Virus record (IMG/VR): IMGVR_UViG_3300020048_003360
Coordinates: 128,001 to 192,000 of that record
From: a virus
Taxonomy: Duplodnaviria > Caudoviricetes
Length of the DNA stretch: 64,000 nucleotides
Reading direction: 5' to 3' (one strand)
The notes under the pieces: generated by a model
The model's database searches: none
Seen by the model: only the letters and a program-made list of their open reading frames with translations
What the model was told of the DNA's origin: nothing
Made by a program: the position numbers and the translations under genes
Shown: in pieces, positions 19,048 through 28,942 of the stretch
Layout of the letters: each line of letters starts with the position of its first letter
How positions within the stretch are numbered: the stretch's first letter is position 1

Positions 19048-21204
19048 ATGGCAGTTGCTTATGTTTTAAAAGATGCGGATTGGGTACGGCAAGCTTTTTT
19101 AGTAGCTAGTCGTCATCTAACTGATGATAACGCTAGACAAAGAACATTTAGTACAGTTAGTTATAAGTATACAGATACTACACCTGGTGGTAATTTGGCA
19201 ATTAACCCACCTCCACAATTTACACGTACTGCTGATATTCCAGTAAAAGGTGTATTTGCTGGTAGTAGTTCTGGTATGGGTAATATAACTGATGGTGGTA
19301 GTATGGGTAGGTACTATAGTGAAGCTATTGATGATAATGCCCAACTCATCTATATACGACTTGGAGTACCTCGCTTTAATTCATTAACTACTTTTTTTAC
19401 TGGCTTCTATGATAGTGGCGCTAGTCAGTTAGCACGTACTGGTAGAGTGGGTGGTGCTTTTTATAGACTAGGGCAAGCAATTGGGTTTGTAATCAGTATA
19501 ATTCATTGGAAAATAATAGCAATACATCTTACTGGATTAGCTTATAGATTTGCTACTGGTAGTCCATCTAGTAAGTTTTATTATCTAAAACCTACTATGC
19601 CGGTATACTGGACAGCTGTTACTACTATAGTAAATCAATTATCAGTAAATAGAGGTATAGTACCAAGACTAGGTGGTAAAGATCAAGAACGATTTGCTGG
19701 TGGATATGAGTTTGATGATAACGGCTTAAAACAACTTCATAATTTATTACCAGATATTTTCTCACGTGGTGGTGGTATAGATGTATACGCACTAGCTAAT
19801 AGGGCTCAACGTTTAGCTAGAAAAAGATATAAGGAAATGAAAACGCAACTAGATATGGTAGAGAGATTAAACCTAGCTGAAGCTGCTAGGGAGATAATGA
19901 CAAAACCATTAGCTGATGATACAAAAACATCATATAACGATTATATAGAGAAGTGGTTAAAGAACGATCAATCTAAACCCACTGCTGATCCACCGAGTCC
20001 AGCTGTCAATAGCAGTACCGGTACATTAGCTGAAGGTCAGGCTGCTGCTGCTGGTAATACCAATGCCGGTGAGATTAGAAATCCAGCTACTGGATATGCT
20101 GTAGAGAGTATTCCAGATACGGATCCAGATAGTAAAACTGGTTTTTGGGAATTCTTTACAGCTGAGTTAGACGACGGCTCAGCGTTTGCTACGTTTAGAG
20201 TAAACTCTACTGGATCCGTTAGTGAAAGTTTTAGTAATAGTGTAACAGAGTCGGAATTAGCACAGCAGATTAATAATGCATCTAGTAGTGCTCGTAGTAC
20301 TACGTTTGATTTTGCTGGCGGCAATATAGTAGGTGGTGTTATAGGTGATGTACTTGGTGGTGTATTTGGCGCTGTAAAGAACGTTATTGCCGGTGCAGCT
20401 GATGGTTTAGGTATTAGTGGTTTAGCGGCATTAGCTGGTACTGCATTCGTAGATATACCTAAACACTGGCAGAGTTCATCTGCATCGTTACCTAGATCTA
20501 CATACACTATTAATTTAGTGAGTCCATATGGTAACCCAATATCTCAAATGTTAAATTTAGATATACCGCTAGCTATGTTACTGGCTGCCGCGCTACCATT
20601 AGCAACTGGTAAACAGTCCTATACTAGTCCATTTATTTTAGAACTCTATGATAGAGGTCGATGCCAGACTCGTTTGGGTATGATTGATTCATTATCAATT
20701 ACTAGAGGTACTAGTAATTTAGGTTTTAATAATGACGGACATGCATTGGCTATTGATGTGAGTTTTTCAATAGTGGATATGTCATCAGTGTTAACTATGC
20801 CAATTAGACAGAACTTTAATGGTATATTTAATAAAGCCGCAGTAGGTGTAGCTACAGTAGCTGGTGCGGCTGGGTTACAAGTGAGTTCAGATTCATTTGG
20901 ACCTAGTGATGGTAAAATCGCTCTAGCATTGGCTGGTGCATTTGGTGCTGCAATAGGCACTGGTATGTTTGATGATGATACTGTTTTTACTGACTATATG
21001 AACGTTTTAGCTGGTATGAATTTACAGGATCAGATTTATACATGGCGTAAATTTAAACTCAATGCAACAAGAGCTATGAAGACCTGGGAGAGTTTTAATA
21101 GTCCCGCTAACTGGGCTGGTATGTTAGGTGATATACCTCCAGCTAGACTATGGTCTGGATTACATAAAGGAATTGGTACTGGCACAATTAGTGGTAATAA
21201 CTAA
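19048..21204 (+). CDS. phiKZ gp182-like virion tail/baseplate structural protein
   Basis: 718 aa; DTTPGGNLAINPPPQFTRTAD, GRYYSEAIDDN and YTSPF...GMIDSLSITRG motifs; follows the gp181-like gene. Confidence 0.8.
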   Translation: MAVAYVLKDADWVRQAFLVASRHLTDDNARQRTFSTVSYKYTDTTPGGNLAINPPPQFTRTADIPVKGVFAGSSSGMGNITDGGSMGRYYSEAIDDNAQLIYIRLGVPRFNSLTTFFTGFYDSGASQLARTGRVGGAFYRLGQAIGFVISIIHWKIIAIHLTGLAYRFATGSPSSKFYYLKPTMPVYWTAVTTIVNQLSVNRGIVPRLGGKDQERFAGGYEFDDNGLKQLHNLLPDIFSRGGGIDVYALANRAQRLARKRYKEMKTQLDMVERLNLAEAAREIMTKPLADDTKTSYNDYIEKWLKNDQSKPTADPPSPAVNSSTGTLAEGQAAAAGNTNAGEIRNPATGYAVESIPDTDPDSKTGFWEFFTAELDDGSAFATFRVNSTGSVSESFSNSVTESELAQQINNASSSARSTTFDFAGGNIVGGVIGDVLGGVFGAVKNVIAGAADGLGISGLAALAGTAFVDIPKHWQSSSASLPRSTYTINLVSPYGNPISQMLNLDIPLAMLLAAALPLATGKQSYTSPFILELYDRGRCQTRLGMIDSLSITRGTSNLGFNNDGHALAIDVSFSIVDMSSVLTMPIRQNFNGIFNKAAVGVATVAGAAGLQVSSDSFGPSDGKIALALAGAFGAAIGTGMFDDDTVFTDYMNVLAGMNLQDQIYTWRKFKLNATRAMKTWESFNSPANWAGMLGDIPPARLWSGLHKGIGTGTISGNN

Positions 21205-21206
21205 AA

Positions 21207-21260
21207 CAGCATATATCCCATACATATTCTCAATTAGGGAATATGTATGGGTATATGCTG
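21207..21260. terminator. Bidirectional terminator between convergent genes
   Basis: CAGCATATATCCCATACATATTC...GAATATGTATGGGTATATGCTG long inverted repeat. Confidence 0.75.
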
Positions 21261-23024
21261 TTAATCATAGTCATAGTGGTGCGTTATTAGTGAGCCGTCG
21301 CTAAGTATTCTTTTTTCTACTGTTTGTGTAGAAATAATTACTCCATTATTATAATACGGAGAATCGTAGTGCTTATAGGTTTGGTCACTAGTACGTACCC
21401 AATCTCTAGTCATGTCTGGCTTAATGTTAGAGTAAGTATCTGTATGTGTTGTTACCTTTGCGGTATCGTACTCTAATTTTGCCTGCACAAATGCATCCGT
21501 TGGAGTCACTACTGTAGTTGTTTTAGGAACACTAACCAATGATCCATTATGAACTATAATATTTTCCTTAGCATTATTAGTTGTTTTGGCCTGTCCTTTA
21601 AATAACGATACTGGATCGCTAAGTGTTTTATTAAGTCCACTTAATCTATCACCAACTTCTAGTATTGTTTTAGGAAAATTACTAAAAATAGATTTTTCTA
21701 CAGTAACTGGTTCTGAAAAAGATTTTGCAAATAAAAGATCTTGATTAGGTACACTATCTGTAGACAATGCTACAATACTATTGGTAAAGACACTACTAGT
21801 TGGCGCTGGAGTTAATATACTATCTAAACTAATACCTTCACCAACTACATTAGTAAAATCACTACTAGCACCAATTGCATTAGATAAATCACCCACTTTA
21901 CCATTACCAACCGTATCTGTAGATAACCAATTACTATCTATGGTATTAAACCCACTCATCATATCTACATATGAGTCCTTACCTGTCATAGTTACGCCAG
22001 GTGCTGACTTACTAAAGTTTTTAGCAAAATCTTTAATTATAGTAGGTCCAGATTTCTTTAATAATCCTTTAGCGGTTGATAATGCCATTGCTTTTAATGA
22101 TTTTAAATCACTAAATTTACTAATAGATTTAGCTAAATCTTTAGCTACTTTACTAACAGTAAAGATGTCATTTAATCCACATATTAGCGAACTAAATATT
22201 CCACCCATACCTAAACCAGCGGCTATTTTACCTACATTCGACAATGCAGCTGCTTTTGTCTTTCTATCATCAGTACCAAATGGTGTTGTAGTACAACCAT
22301 TACTTTTAGCTAATGAGTTTATAATGTCGCCCATTGCTAAACTACAATTTAGATCTTTATTTTTTATTCTATATCTACCACCACCATTTGTTCCGTATTT
22401 ACGTGAATTTAATAAATCTCTATTAATACCACGTATTAATGAATTACCAGCACCATCACAATTTTTAGATACTCTATTTATACTGGGAAATAATGTAGGA
22501 AATGTTTTATCCAACATAGCTGTTGGATTAGATAAATCCTTTACTTTTATTTTTTTACTAGCATTGATTAATTTGTCAGTTAAACTACTTTCACTAGCCT
22601 TACTACCCTTTAATGCAGCAACTGGTTTACTTACGTCAGTAGCCAATATATTATTAATTGTTTTACCAGTATCTGCAAGACTATATATATCAGCCGCAGC
22701 AAATGTATCATTAGGTCCAGAACTAAATGTAGGTATAGCTAAACTAGAAGACGCCTTACTTAATTCAGCTACTGAACTAGCTAAAGATATATTCATTCCA
22801 TCAGTAAGTGATATAGGCGGAGTAACGCTTAAGTTAGCAGCCACAGCACTTGAGGCCGCGCTACCCGCTTTATTTAAATCTTTTGTTATTGTTAGTATAT
22901 TGGATTCTTCAAAAGCGTCTGAAACAGCAGTAGTGGTAGCAGCATTATTTTTCGTAAGTGCTGTTTTTGCTTTTTTTGCTGACTTTAATAAAGATAAGCC
23001 CATTTCATATATACTATCGGCCAT
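21261..23024 (-). CDS. Hypothetical Ser/Thr-rich protein (possibly virion)
   Basis: 587-aa ORF with AAGGA SD; no recognised motif. Confidence 0.7.
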   Translation of the reverse strand: MADSIYEMGLSLLKSAKKAKTALTKNNAATTTAVSDAFEESNILTITKDLNKAGSAASSAVAANLSVTPPISLTDGMNISLASSVAELSKASSSLAIPTFSSGPNDTFAAADIYSLADTGKTINNILATDVSKPVAALKGSKASESSLTDKLINASKKIKVKDLSNPTAMLDKTFPTLFPSINRVSKNCDGAGNSLIRGINRDLLNSRKYGTNGGGRYRIKNKDLNCSLAMGDIINSLAKSNGCTTTPFGTDDRKTKAAALSNVGKIAAGLGMGGIFSSLICGLNDIFTVSKVAKDLAKSISKFSDLKSLKAMALSTAKGLLKKSGPTIIKDFAKNFSKSAPGVTMTGKDSYVDMMSGFNTIDSNWLSTDTVGNGKVGDLSNAIGASSDFTNVVGEGISLDSILTPAPTSSVFTNSIVALSTDSVPNQDLLFAKSFSEPVTVEKSIFSNFPKTILEVGDRLSGLNKTLSDPVSLFKGQAKTTNNAKENIIVHNGSLVSVPKTTTVVTPTDAFVQAKLEYDTAKVTTHTDTYSNIKPDMTRDWVRTSDQTYKHYDSPYYNNGVIISTQTVEKRILSDGSLITHHYDYD

Positions 23025-23076
23025 TTTAGTTCCTTAATAACAAAAAAAATAAGGGAGAAACAACCTCCCTTACTTC

Positions 23077-23646
23077 TTATACTTTAAAAATTTCTTTATA
23101 ATCCAGGTAATCTGGTCGTTCACCTATTTTCATTAGGACACGATTTTCTTCAAATGACTCTACTAGCCATTTATAGTTATTTAACTTAACCACTACCTCA
23201 CCTTGTCCTTCAGCATCACCAGTGGCCTGATGTAACCAATACTGATCAAAAGGTAATGTAGTTTCTATAAACAATTTTTGCAGTTTTGGATTCTGCTCAA
23301 TCTTGTAGAAATTAGCAGCTGCTATTACATCATGAAATTTATCTACACGACACCATGTAAGTGATTTACCATAGTTTTTAGCGGCCATGCCAGATAGAGA
23401 ACGTAATTTATCGTCACGTTCTATATTCTGTATGAAATGCCAAAAACCTTCCATACTGTTAAATGATCCAAAGTATGGATGTTTAAATGGTAATTCGTAA
23501 AAATGAGATAACATCTGCCCTAATTCAGTCTTACCACGTATCCAAATATTGATGTGTGTGACTCCATCTTGATTAGGATCTATATCACTAACTAATGTAT
23601 GTCGCTCACGTGGACGATCTATGGAATATTGAGTACCCGCTAACAT
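23077..23646 (-). CDS. T4 30.3/NADAR-like protein
   Basis: HINIWIRGKTELGQMLSHF..PF.HP.FG.FNSMEGFWH resembles the NADAR/30.3 LSNF..F...EG pattern. Confidence 0.5.
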   Translation of the reverse strand: MLAGTQYSIDRPRERHTLVSDIDPNQDGVTHINIWIRGKTELGQMLSHFYELPFKHPYFGSFNSMEGFWHFIQNIERDDKLRSLSGMAAKNYGKSLTWCRVDKFHDVIAAANFYKIEQNPKLQKLFIETTLPFDQYWLHQATGDAEGQGEVVVKLNNYKWLVESFEENRVLMKIGERPDYLDYKEIFKV

Positions 23647-23657
23647 TTTATTACTCC

Positions 23658-24116
23658 TTACTCATTATCTAGATATTCAATAGATTGAACTTCTTCTAAT
23701 GATTCTGATTGATCTAGTTGTTTAGTAAATAGATGACCAGTATGTCGACCACCTAAGTTAATTTTTGCTTTATGTTCAGTAACTTTTGTATTTGCGTGGT
23801 ATGCAGTTAGCGTAATCTCTACTTTTAAAATATTAAGAAAGCGTAAGGCTTTCATAAATACTTTCCACGTCATTTGTGGTTTAGCTAACTCCTTCGTTAA
23901 GTTACTTCTATAGGAAATCTGATCTTTCTTATTATTTGGTATGCCATTCAAAGGATTAGTTACATGATCTTGTAGTATAATCCCAAAACGTTCTGGACCT
24001 ATACCTAAATCCAATAATATCTGTCTCCAGAGTCTAGAAAGAACTCCGTTTCCTCCGAATGTTTTTGTTACCTGCTTATCCGGTGAGTTTAATATTTCGT
24101 GCATACTCGATTGCAT
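23658..24116 (-). CDS. Conserved jumbo-phage hypothetical protein
   Basis: 152 aa; GVLSRLWRQIL and NLTKEL...MTWKVFMKALRFL, recalled from phiKZ-like hypotheticals. Confidence 0.75.
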   Translation of the reverse strand: MQSSMHEILNSPDKQVTKTFGGNGVLSRLWRQILLDLGIGPERFGIILQDHVTNPLNGIPNNKKDQISYRSNLTKELAKPQMTWKVFMKALRFLNILKVEITLTAYHANTKVTEHKAKINLGGRHTGHLFTKQLDQSESLEEVQSIEYLDNE

Positions 24117-24157
24117 TTTGATACTCCTTATTTAAAAACTTAATTAACTACACATTT

Positions 24158-24703
24158 TTAGTGAACAATATCAATTTCATTCCCATGTATTGAAAAGAAT
24201 TCCTTATAGATATAATCACTAACCCACACAGTACTATCGTACTCACTATCTAATTTTTTCAAATACTCATGAAATTTAGATACTTCGGTAAAATCATCTG
24301 TCTTACTCGCTATAAAGTCAGATAAGTCAGAAAATGCTAACCAGAGTTTGTTATTACGACGTACCTCTAACTGTACGTAATTATTTTCTTTTATAGATAT
24401 CACTCTATAAAATAAATCATTATTACCATCTATAGTAAATAGACTAGATCCTAATCTACTTAAAATTTCATCGGCATCTAATTCTATTTCAGTAGTTTTT
24501 ATTTTGTTTTTAGCTAGTAATTTTAGAGTGAGATTCAGAGTATCCACACCCATATTTATATCTTTCAAGTCTATTAGTAATCTCATACCGCTCACACCTA
24601 AATCATAATAGTCCAATATAGCTCTTCTTAGTGCAGTGGGTCCAATTTTTAGTTTTTCCAAAACACTTAAATATAACGCATAATACATAGTGGTTTCTAA
24701 CAT
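24158..24703 (-). CDS. Hypothetical protein
   Basis: 181-aa ORF with AAGGA SD, part of a co-oriented run. Confidence 0.7.
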   Translation of the reverse strand: MLETTMYYALYLSVLEKLKIGPTALRRAILDYYDLGVSGMRLLIDLKDINMGVDTLNLTLKLLAKNKIKTTEIELDADEILSRLGSSLFTIDGNNDLFYRVISIKENNYVQLEVRRNNKLWLAFSDLSDFIASKTDDFTEVSKFHEYLKKLDSEYDSTVWVSDYIYKEFFSIHGNEIDIVH

Positions 24704-24717
24704 TTTAGTTCCTTTAT

Positions 24718-25224
24718 TTAGATACTTACTTTGACTATTTCGTTTGATAAATTATAAAGATTAGTGATTAACTTCGTTAAAATCCTTTTGTTATGTTCCG
24801 CTAATCCAACTTCAGCACTATCACAACCCTCTAGCAATTTACAGAGCCTTAATGTCTTTTCCCTATAATTAAACACAAGATACTCCACATCAGTATAAAA
24901 GCCATCGACAGTGAGAATTTGATTTAGTGGCAGAATTTTATATTCCTCACCAACTAATTTAGCTGGTACTATCTCACCATTATGAATTACTTTAATTATG
25001 AAGTCTAACTTATTAACACATTCATTTAGATCCTTAAAATTAGTTAATATTTCCACTGGCATTACTGAACCAGAGCTAATATTACGAAACCATACTGGAT
25101 ATATTAATGTAGTTATTTCTTCACACTGTTTTCTGTTAAATGCATATGGATCTAAACGAATTTTATTATATTTCCATAATTTATATCTTATTAATAATTT
25201 CTGAAATACCTTAATGAAAAACAT
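24718..25224 (-). CDS. Hypothetical protein
   Basis: ORF-track 24718..25254; start reassigned to MFFIK (AAAGGA SD) because the promoter abuts 25254. Confidence 0.7.
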   Translation of the reverse strand: MFFIKVFQKLLIRYKLWKYNKIRLDPYAFNRKQCEEITTLIYPVWFRNISSGSVMPVEILTNFKDLNECVNKLDFIIKVIHNGEIVPAKLVGEEYKILPLNQILTVDGFYTDVEYLVFNYREKTLRLCKLLEGCDSAEVGLAEHNKRILTKLITNLYNLSNEIVKVSI

Positions 25225-25256
25225 TACATTTCCTTTTACAGGATTACTGGACACTC

Positions 25257-25290
25257 ATATAGGTAATATATTGCCATAAATTCTTTGAAT
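25257..25290 (-). promoter_or_regulatory. Early promoter
   Basis: GCAATATATTACCTATATG; TATATTAC at 25263-25270. Confidence 0.7.
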
Positions 25291-25335
25291 AGCTTACTAT
25301 ATCATGTGATCTATATTATATCAATGGAGTTTAAT

Positions 25336-25749
25336 ATGTCCAATAGCGTCAATGATGATGGAGAAGAAATTCTCTCATACGTACATGAAAAAAGAACACA
25401 AGTAATAAGTCATTTAATGGCAAAGGGTGTACCTAACGATCTAGATACTGTAAAAGTACTTTTAACAGCACTAAAAGATATGGATGGCCAAACTCTCAGT
25501 AAGAAGAGAATTAAACTTGAAGAAAAAGTTAATGATAATCAAGCCCAAGCTGCAGCACTCATAGCTAAGATATTAGGAACAACTGGCAGGACAAACAATA
25601 CTGATGATTTTATTGATGCCGATGTCATCATCCCATCATTACCTGATTCCATTCCTTCACCAGTTTTAGTACCTGGTGAAATTGACTTGATACAAAAAAC
25701 TTTAACGTATGAAGAATTTATTAATAAATTCATAAGTTCAGATGATTGA
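25336..25749 (+). CDS. Hypothetical protein
   Basis: Start refined to MSNSVNDD (GGAG SD); LLTALKDMDGQ helical motif. Confidence 0.7.
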   Translation: MSNSVNDDGEEILSYVHEKRTQVISHLMAKGVPNDLDTVKVLLTALKDMDGQTLSKKRIKLEEKVNDNQAQAAALIAKILGTTGRTNNTDDFIDADVIIPSLPDSIPSPVLVPGEIDLIQKTLTYEEFINKFISSDD

Positions 25750-25750
25750 T

Positions 25751-25797
25751 TCTAACGCTACTAAATCCTGATTTATTTAGGATTTAGTAGCGTTAGA
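25751..25797. terminator. Bidirectional terminator
   Basis: 19-bp perfect inverted repeat TCTAACGCTACTAAATCCT between convergent genes. Confidence 0.8.
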
Positions 25798-26551
25798 GTT
25801 TTTCATTTATTATGCTGTAAAAACTTATATCAATTATCTCTAGTGTTATAATACCCATAGCTAATGTTTTTAATGCCTTCATTGGATGTACTGACTCCTT
25901 TATCATTTTTTCTAATTCATTAGGAGTTGGTTTCTTTACAAAGTATATTGCTGGTATAAATAATGTAATTTCTGGTATTTGAGTGACTAGGAATAATTCA
26001 GCATTAACCTCTAACCATTCTTCATAGTTGTACATTATCATAACTGTAAAATTATTCTTACAGTAAATTGGTGTTAATTCCCTAGGTGATATACTAACAA
26101 ATTCAATTTTTACCGTATCTGGTAAATGAGTAAGTATAGCTGCTCCTACGGCAGTTCTTTCCTCACCATTTAATTCATAGGGATATAAATTAACAACAAT
26201 ATTTATTTTTTTCTGTACTGGTGTGGTCTCAGACTGTTCTTGTAACTTAAGCACCATAGTTCTTAACAACGACATCATATTGGTAAGAATTGAGTTAGCT
26301 AAGGTTTCTACATTTCTATTCTTATAAAGTTCTCGATATGTCTCCATATCAACACCACTAAACTCATCAATATCGCGCGTATGGTATTCACCATCTAATA
26401 AAAGCTTATTTACTACATTTGTATCTATTCGTGCTATTGTACCTAGTCTGGTATCTAATAGTGAATCCATACTAACTAAAATTGTAGTTTTTTCATCAGA
26501 CATTTTATTCTTTATTAAGTGGTGTTGATAAAGACATAGCGCGTTTATCAA
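25793..26551 (-). CDS. Conserved jumbo-phage hypothetical protein
   Basis: ILVSMDSLLDTRLGT N-terminal motif; likely start MSDEK. Confidence 0.7.
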   Translation of the reverse strand: MINALCLYQHHLIKNKMSDEKTTILVSMDSLLDTRLGTIARIDTNVVNKLLLDGEYHTRDIDEFSGVDMETYRELYKNRNVETLANSILTNMMSLLRTMVLKLQEQSETTPVQKKINIVVNLYPYELNGEERTAVGAAILTHLPDTVKIEFVSISPRELTPIYCKNNFTVMIMYNYEEWLEVNAELFLVTQIPEITLFIPAIYFVKKPTPNELEKMIKESVHPMKALKTLAMGIITLEIIDISFYSIINEKL

Positions 26552-27011
26552 TAATATCTAACGTAACAAATAACTGTAGCAATAATAAAATCACTAACCA
26601 ACTGTTACTTCTTAGCAGCGCTTTAGTATTTGTAACACTAGCTAAACCACTAAGGATGTCATTGGGCATTAGATTACTATTAGCACCTACCGAATACAGG
26701 CCAGCACCATTAGCTATGTTATCCGCCAATCTACCATATGCGTCCTCATCTTTACCCCATCTACTAAAAAATGTAAAATGTAATGTAAAAATAAAATCAC
26801 GATATTCTTCATTTATGAAAACTAACTCAATAGCTCTCTTAATACCAGCACTAGTAACCAGCATATATGGCTTTTCTTGTAGAATAATACCAGCAATAAA
26901 TGTAGTGACTACTCCCTTAGACTCTGGCAATAAATTTGATAAAACGTGTTTTACAGATTCTTGAAATATAATTGCGACATCTACCATGTCTACTGGTTCA
27001 ATATTAGTCAT
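26505..27011 (-). CDS. Hypothetical protein
   Basis: 168-aa ORF; YREFIF-like segment and hydrophobic C-terminal stretch. Confidence 0.7.
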   Translation of the reverse strand: MTNIEPVDMVDVAIIFQESVKHVLSNLLPESKGVVTTFIAGIILQEKPYMLVTSAGIKRAIELVFINEEYRDFIFTLHFTFFSRWGKDEDAYGRLADNIANGAGLYSVGANSNLMPNDILSGLASVTNTKALLRSNSWLVILLLLQLFVTLDIIDKRAMSLSTPLNKE

Positions 27012-27033
27012 CTTATTCTCAATTTAATATATG

Positions 27034-27723
27034 CTATAAAGTATTTTGTAAATGAGCACTCTGTAATAGTACTTTCAATGTCTGAGTACTCTCTACACCA
27101 CCAGCTAGATGTTCCACACCACTAATACTAAAACCACCAGTATGTGATATGTGTTGATTGGACGCATTAAAAGCCTTTGAGTCACCACCTCTAATTTTCA
27201 TTAGTTCAGTTAGAGTATCTTCTAAATTCAATGATGCCAAAATTTGTACTTCAGGATAAGATATTTTACTACCTTTTGATTTTCCTGTAGGTTGACCAGT
27301 CATATCGTCTACTGACTTATTATCTTCTGGAATAGATATCTTCTTAACTAATAATTGAGCTTGTCTACGTAATGGTAGATCTACAATTAAGTATGGTATT
27401 GGTGTTAAGTACGCTGGACTATCACTATCAGAATCTTTCATCCAGATACGTTCAAAGAAGTTATGTCCTAATTCTTTAGCTAATTCTAAATTTCTCTCTA
27501 CAGATAATTTATCTTCACTTAAATTAGGTGCTATTAATGCTAATTTAATATCACCATTCTTTAGAGACAACATAAAATCATTAAACTGTTTGTCAGACAT
27601 ACTGGCAAATAAAGTTTTATATATTTCTTGATTAGCTGTAGTTTTATTTTCTGAATTTGGTAATAATGCACCTATATACTTCAATATATAGGCTTCAGTT
27701 ATTTTTCTCTTATCGTTAGCCAT
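27034..27723 (-). CDS. Virion RNA polymerase beta subunit C-terminal part (phiKZ gp149-like)
   Basis: RRQAQLLVKK..DMTGQPTGKSKGSKISYPEVQIL..LTELMKIRGGD aligns with the beta C-terminal TQQP..G..R.GEME..L.E..TvKsDD pattern. Confidence 0.8.
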   Translation of the reverse strand: MANDKRKITEAYILKYIGALLPNSENKTTANQEIYKTLFASMSDKQFNDFMLSLKNGDIKLALIAPNLSEDKLSVERNLELAKELGHNFFERIWMKDSDSDSPAYLTPIPYLIVDLPLRRQAQLLVKKISIPEDNKSVDDMTGQPTGKSKGSKISYPEVQILASLNLEDTLTELMKIRGGDSKAFNASNQHISHTGGFSISGVEHLAGGVESTQTLKVLLQSAHLQNTL

Positions 27724-27776
27724 ATCTATTCCTTTTTAAATATACCTATACTGAGCTGACCCACCCTCATCCATTA

Positions 27777-28016
27777 TTACTCTGGATTCACTTTAGTAAA
27801 AATACGTCCTTTTTTACCTTCATTAGAAGTTATTAATTTCCACTGTCTCATTTTTGCAGTTTGTGTATTAACTTTAGTAATAGATATTTTCCATACTTCA
27901 GCTGCTTGAGTAGGTGTAAATTGATCAGGAAGTAAAGACAGACGATATTGTCGTATAGCATCAGCATCTTTAAATGACTTAAGGTTACATTTAGCATAAT
28001 GGGCCTTTATTGTCAT
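27777..28016 (-). CDS. Small basic, possibly winged-HTH protein
   Basis: TPTQAAEVWKISITKVNTQTAKMRQWKLI pattern. Confidence 0.55.
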   Translation of the reverse strand: MTIKAHYAKCNLKSFKDADAIRQYRLSLLPDQFTPTQAAEVWKISITKVNTQTAKMRQWKLITSNEGKKGRIFTKVNPE

Positions 28017-28025
28017 AATTTTATC

Positions 28026-28205
28026 CTACTGCAAGATAGTAACTTGATTCATCGCATACGCATTATCTACATCTCTATCATCAACCTTTTCTATTACTAT
28101 TAAATTAGGTGTATTTGTACCCAATATATTAGTGAGCATTGCTGGTAATAGTTTTTTCAAATGACAGTAATAATGATTACCATCCTGTAGTTTAATAATA
28201 CGCAT
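28026..28205 (-). CDS. Small hypothetical protein (59 aa)
   Basis: Manually found ORF MRIIKLQDGNHYY... with AAGGA SD. Confidence 0.5.
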   Translation of the reverse strand: MRIIKLQDGNHYYCHLKKLLPAMLTNILGTNTPNLIVIEKVDDRDVDNAYAMNQVTILQ

Positions 28206-28247
28206 AATTTATTCCTTACTTATTAAATAAATAAAAAAAAAATAAAT

Positions 28248-28283
28248 TACCCTATCAGTCATATTATTTTGACTGATAGGGTA
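28248..28283 (-). terminator. Terminator ending the tRNA/ncRNA island
   Basis: TACCCTATCAGTC/GACTGATAGGGTA stem followed by a U tract on the minus strand. Confidence 0.75.
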
Positions 28284-28611
28284 GTTAAGTAATGGGTGGG
28301 GTGTGATACGTTAGATTTTAATCATACCATAGCGACCGCATCAAAAGTTTCCAAAGCTTTATTGGAAGAACACCCCATTGATAATTTACATCCCATAGAA
28401 CACTACACAAAATATATTGCATAATGCTCTACAGGTTGCACACTAGTAGTTATGGGAGTACTAACGCCATAAAACTAATGACAGCTTGCAGTTATATTAA
28501 GAATCACTTAATATAACTACCGTACGGTTATGAAGAGTGATTAGTTCTTCTACATTCACCGTAAGTTAATCCTCACATTATCCCATAAAGTACGTATGGA
28601 ATGTTTGGAAT

Positions 28612-28644
28612 TGGTGGGCCCGCCCGGACTCGAACCGGGGACCA
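28612..28644 (-). pseudogene. Orphan 3' half of a tRNA (T arm + acceptor strand + CCA)
   Basis: TGGTC CCCGG TTCGAGT CCGGG CGGGCCC A CCA; no D or anticodon arm upstream. Confidence 0.75.
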
Positions 28645-28650
28645 AATTAT

Positions 28651-28818
28651 TTAAATTTCTACGTCAGCTCTTACAAGTGGTCTATTCATAAATTGTTCTG
28701 CAACTAATCTATGTTCATAAACATAACCTTCCATTGCTCCAGATCTTACAGCTTCTGGATGTTCAGGATTATAAACCATTCTATATTCATTAACAATACG
28801 TAATTCTTTTTTAGCCAT
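28651..28818 (-). pseudogene. Truncated HNH-endonuclease-like ORF
   Basis: YRMVYNPEHP...GYVYEHRLVAEQFMNRPL stops before the HH.D/N catalytic part; start refined to MAKKE. Confidence 0.65.
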
Positions 28819-28840
28819 TTTTATAATCCTGTTAAGTGTT

Positions 28841-28916
28841 TGGTGGGACCGGAAGGAGTTGAACCTTACATTCTTGGCTTTATGAGAACCCTGCTTCACC
28901 GTTAAGCTACAGTCCC
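28841..28916 (-). tRNA. tRNA with CAU anticodon (Met or Ile2)
   Basis: GGGACTG acceptor, loop CTCATAA, TTCAACT T loop, CCA end. Confidence 0.85.
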
Positions 28917-28942
28917 AATTTACTACATTTAACTTCTCAAAA

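Noticed and set aside
21781-23037. 418-aa plus-strand ORF
   Set aside because: Antisense shadow of 21261..23024; aliphatic-biased composition, no SD. The same applies to the many antisense ORFs in gp181, the fibre and RNAP genes.
28651-28899. Extended start through tRNA(CAU)
   Set aside because: The extension reads through the tRNA gene; the SD-supported start is 28818.
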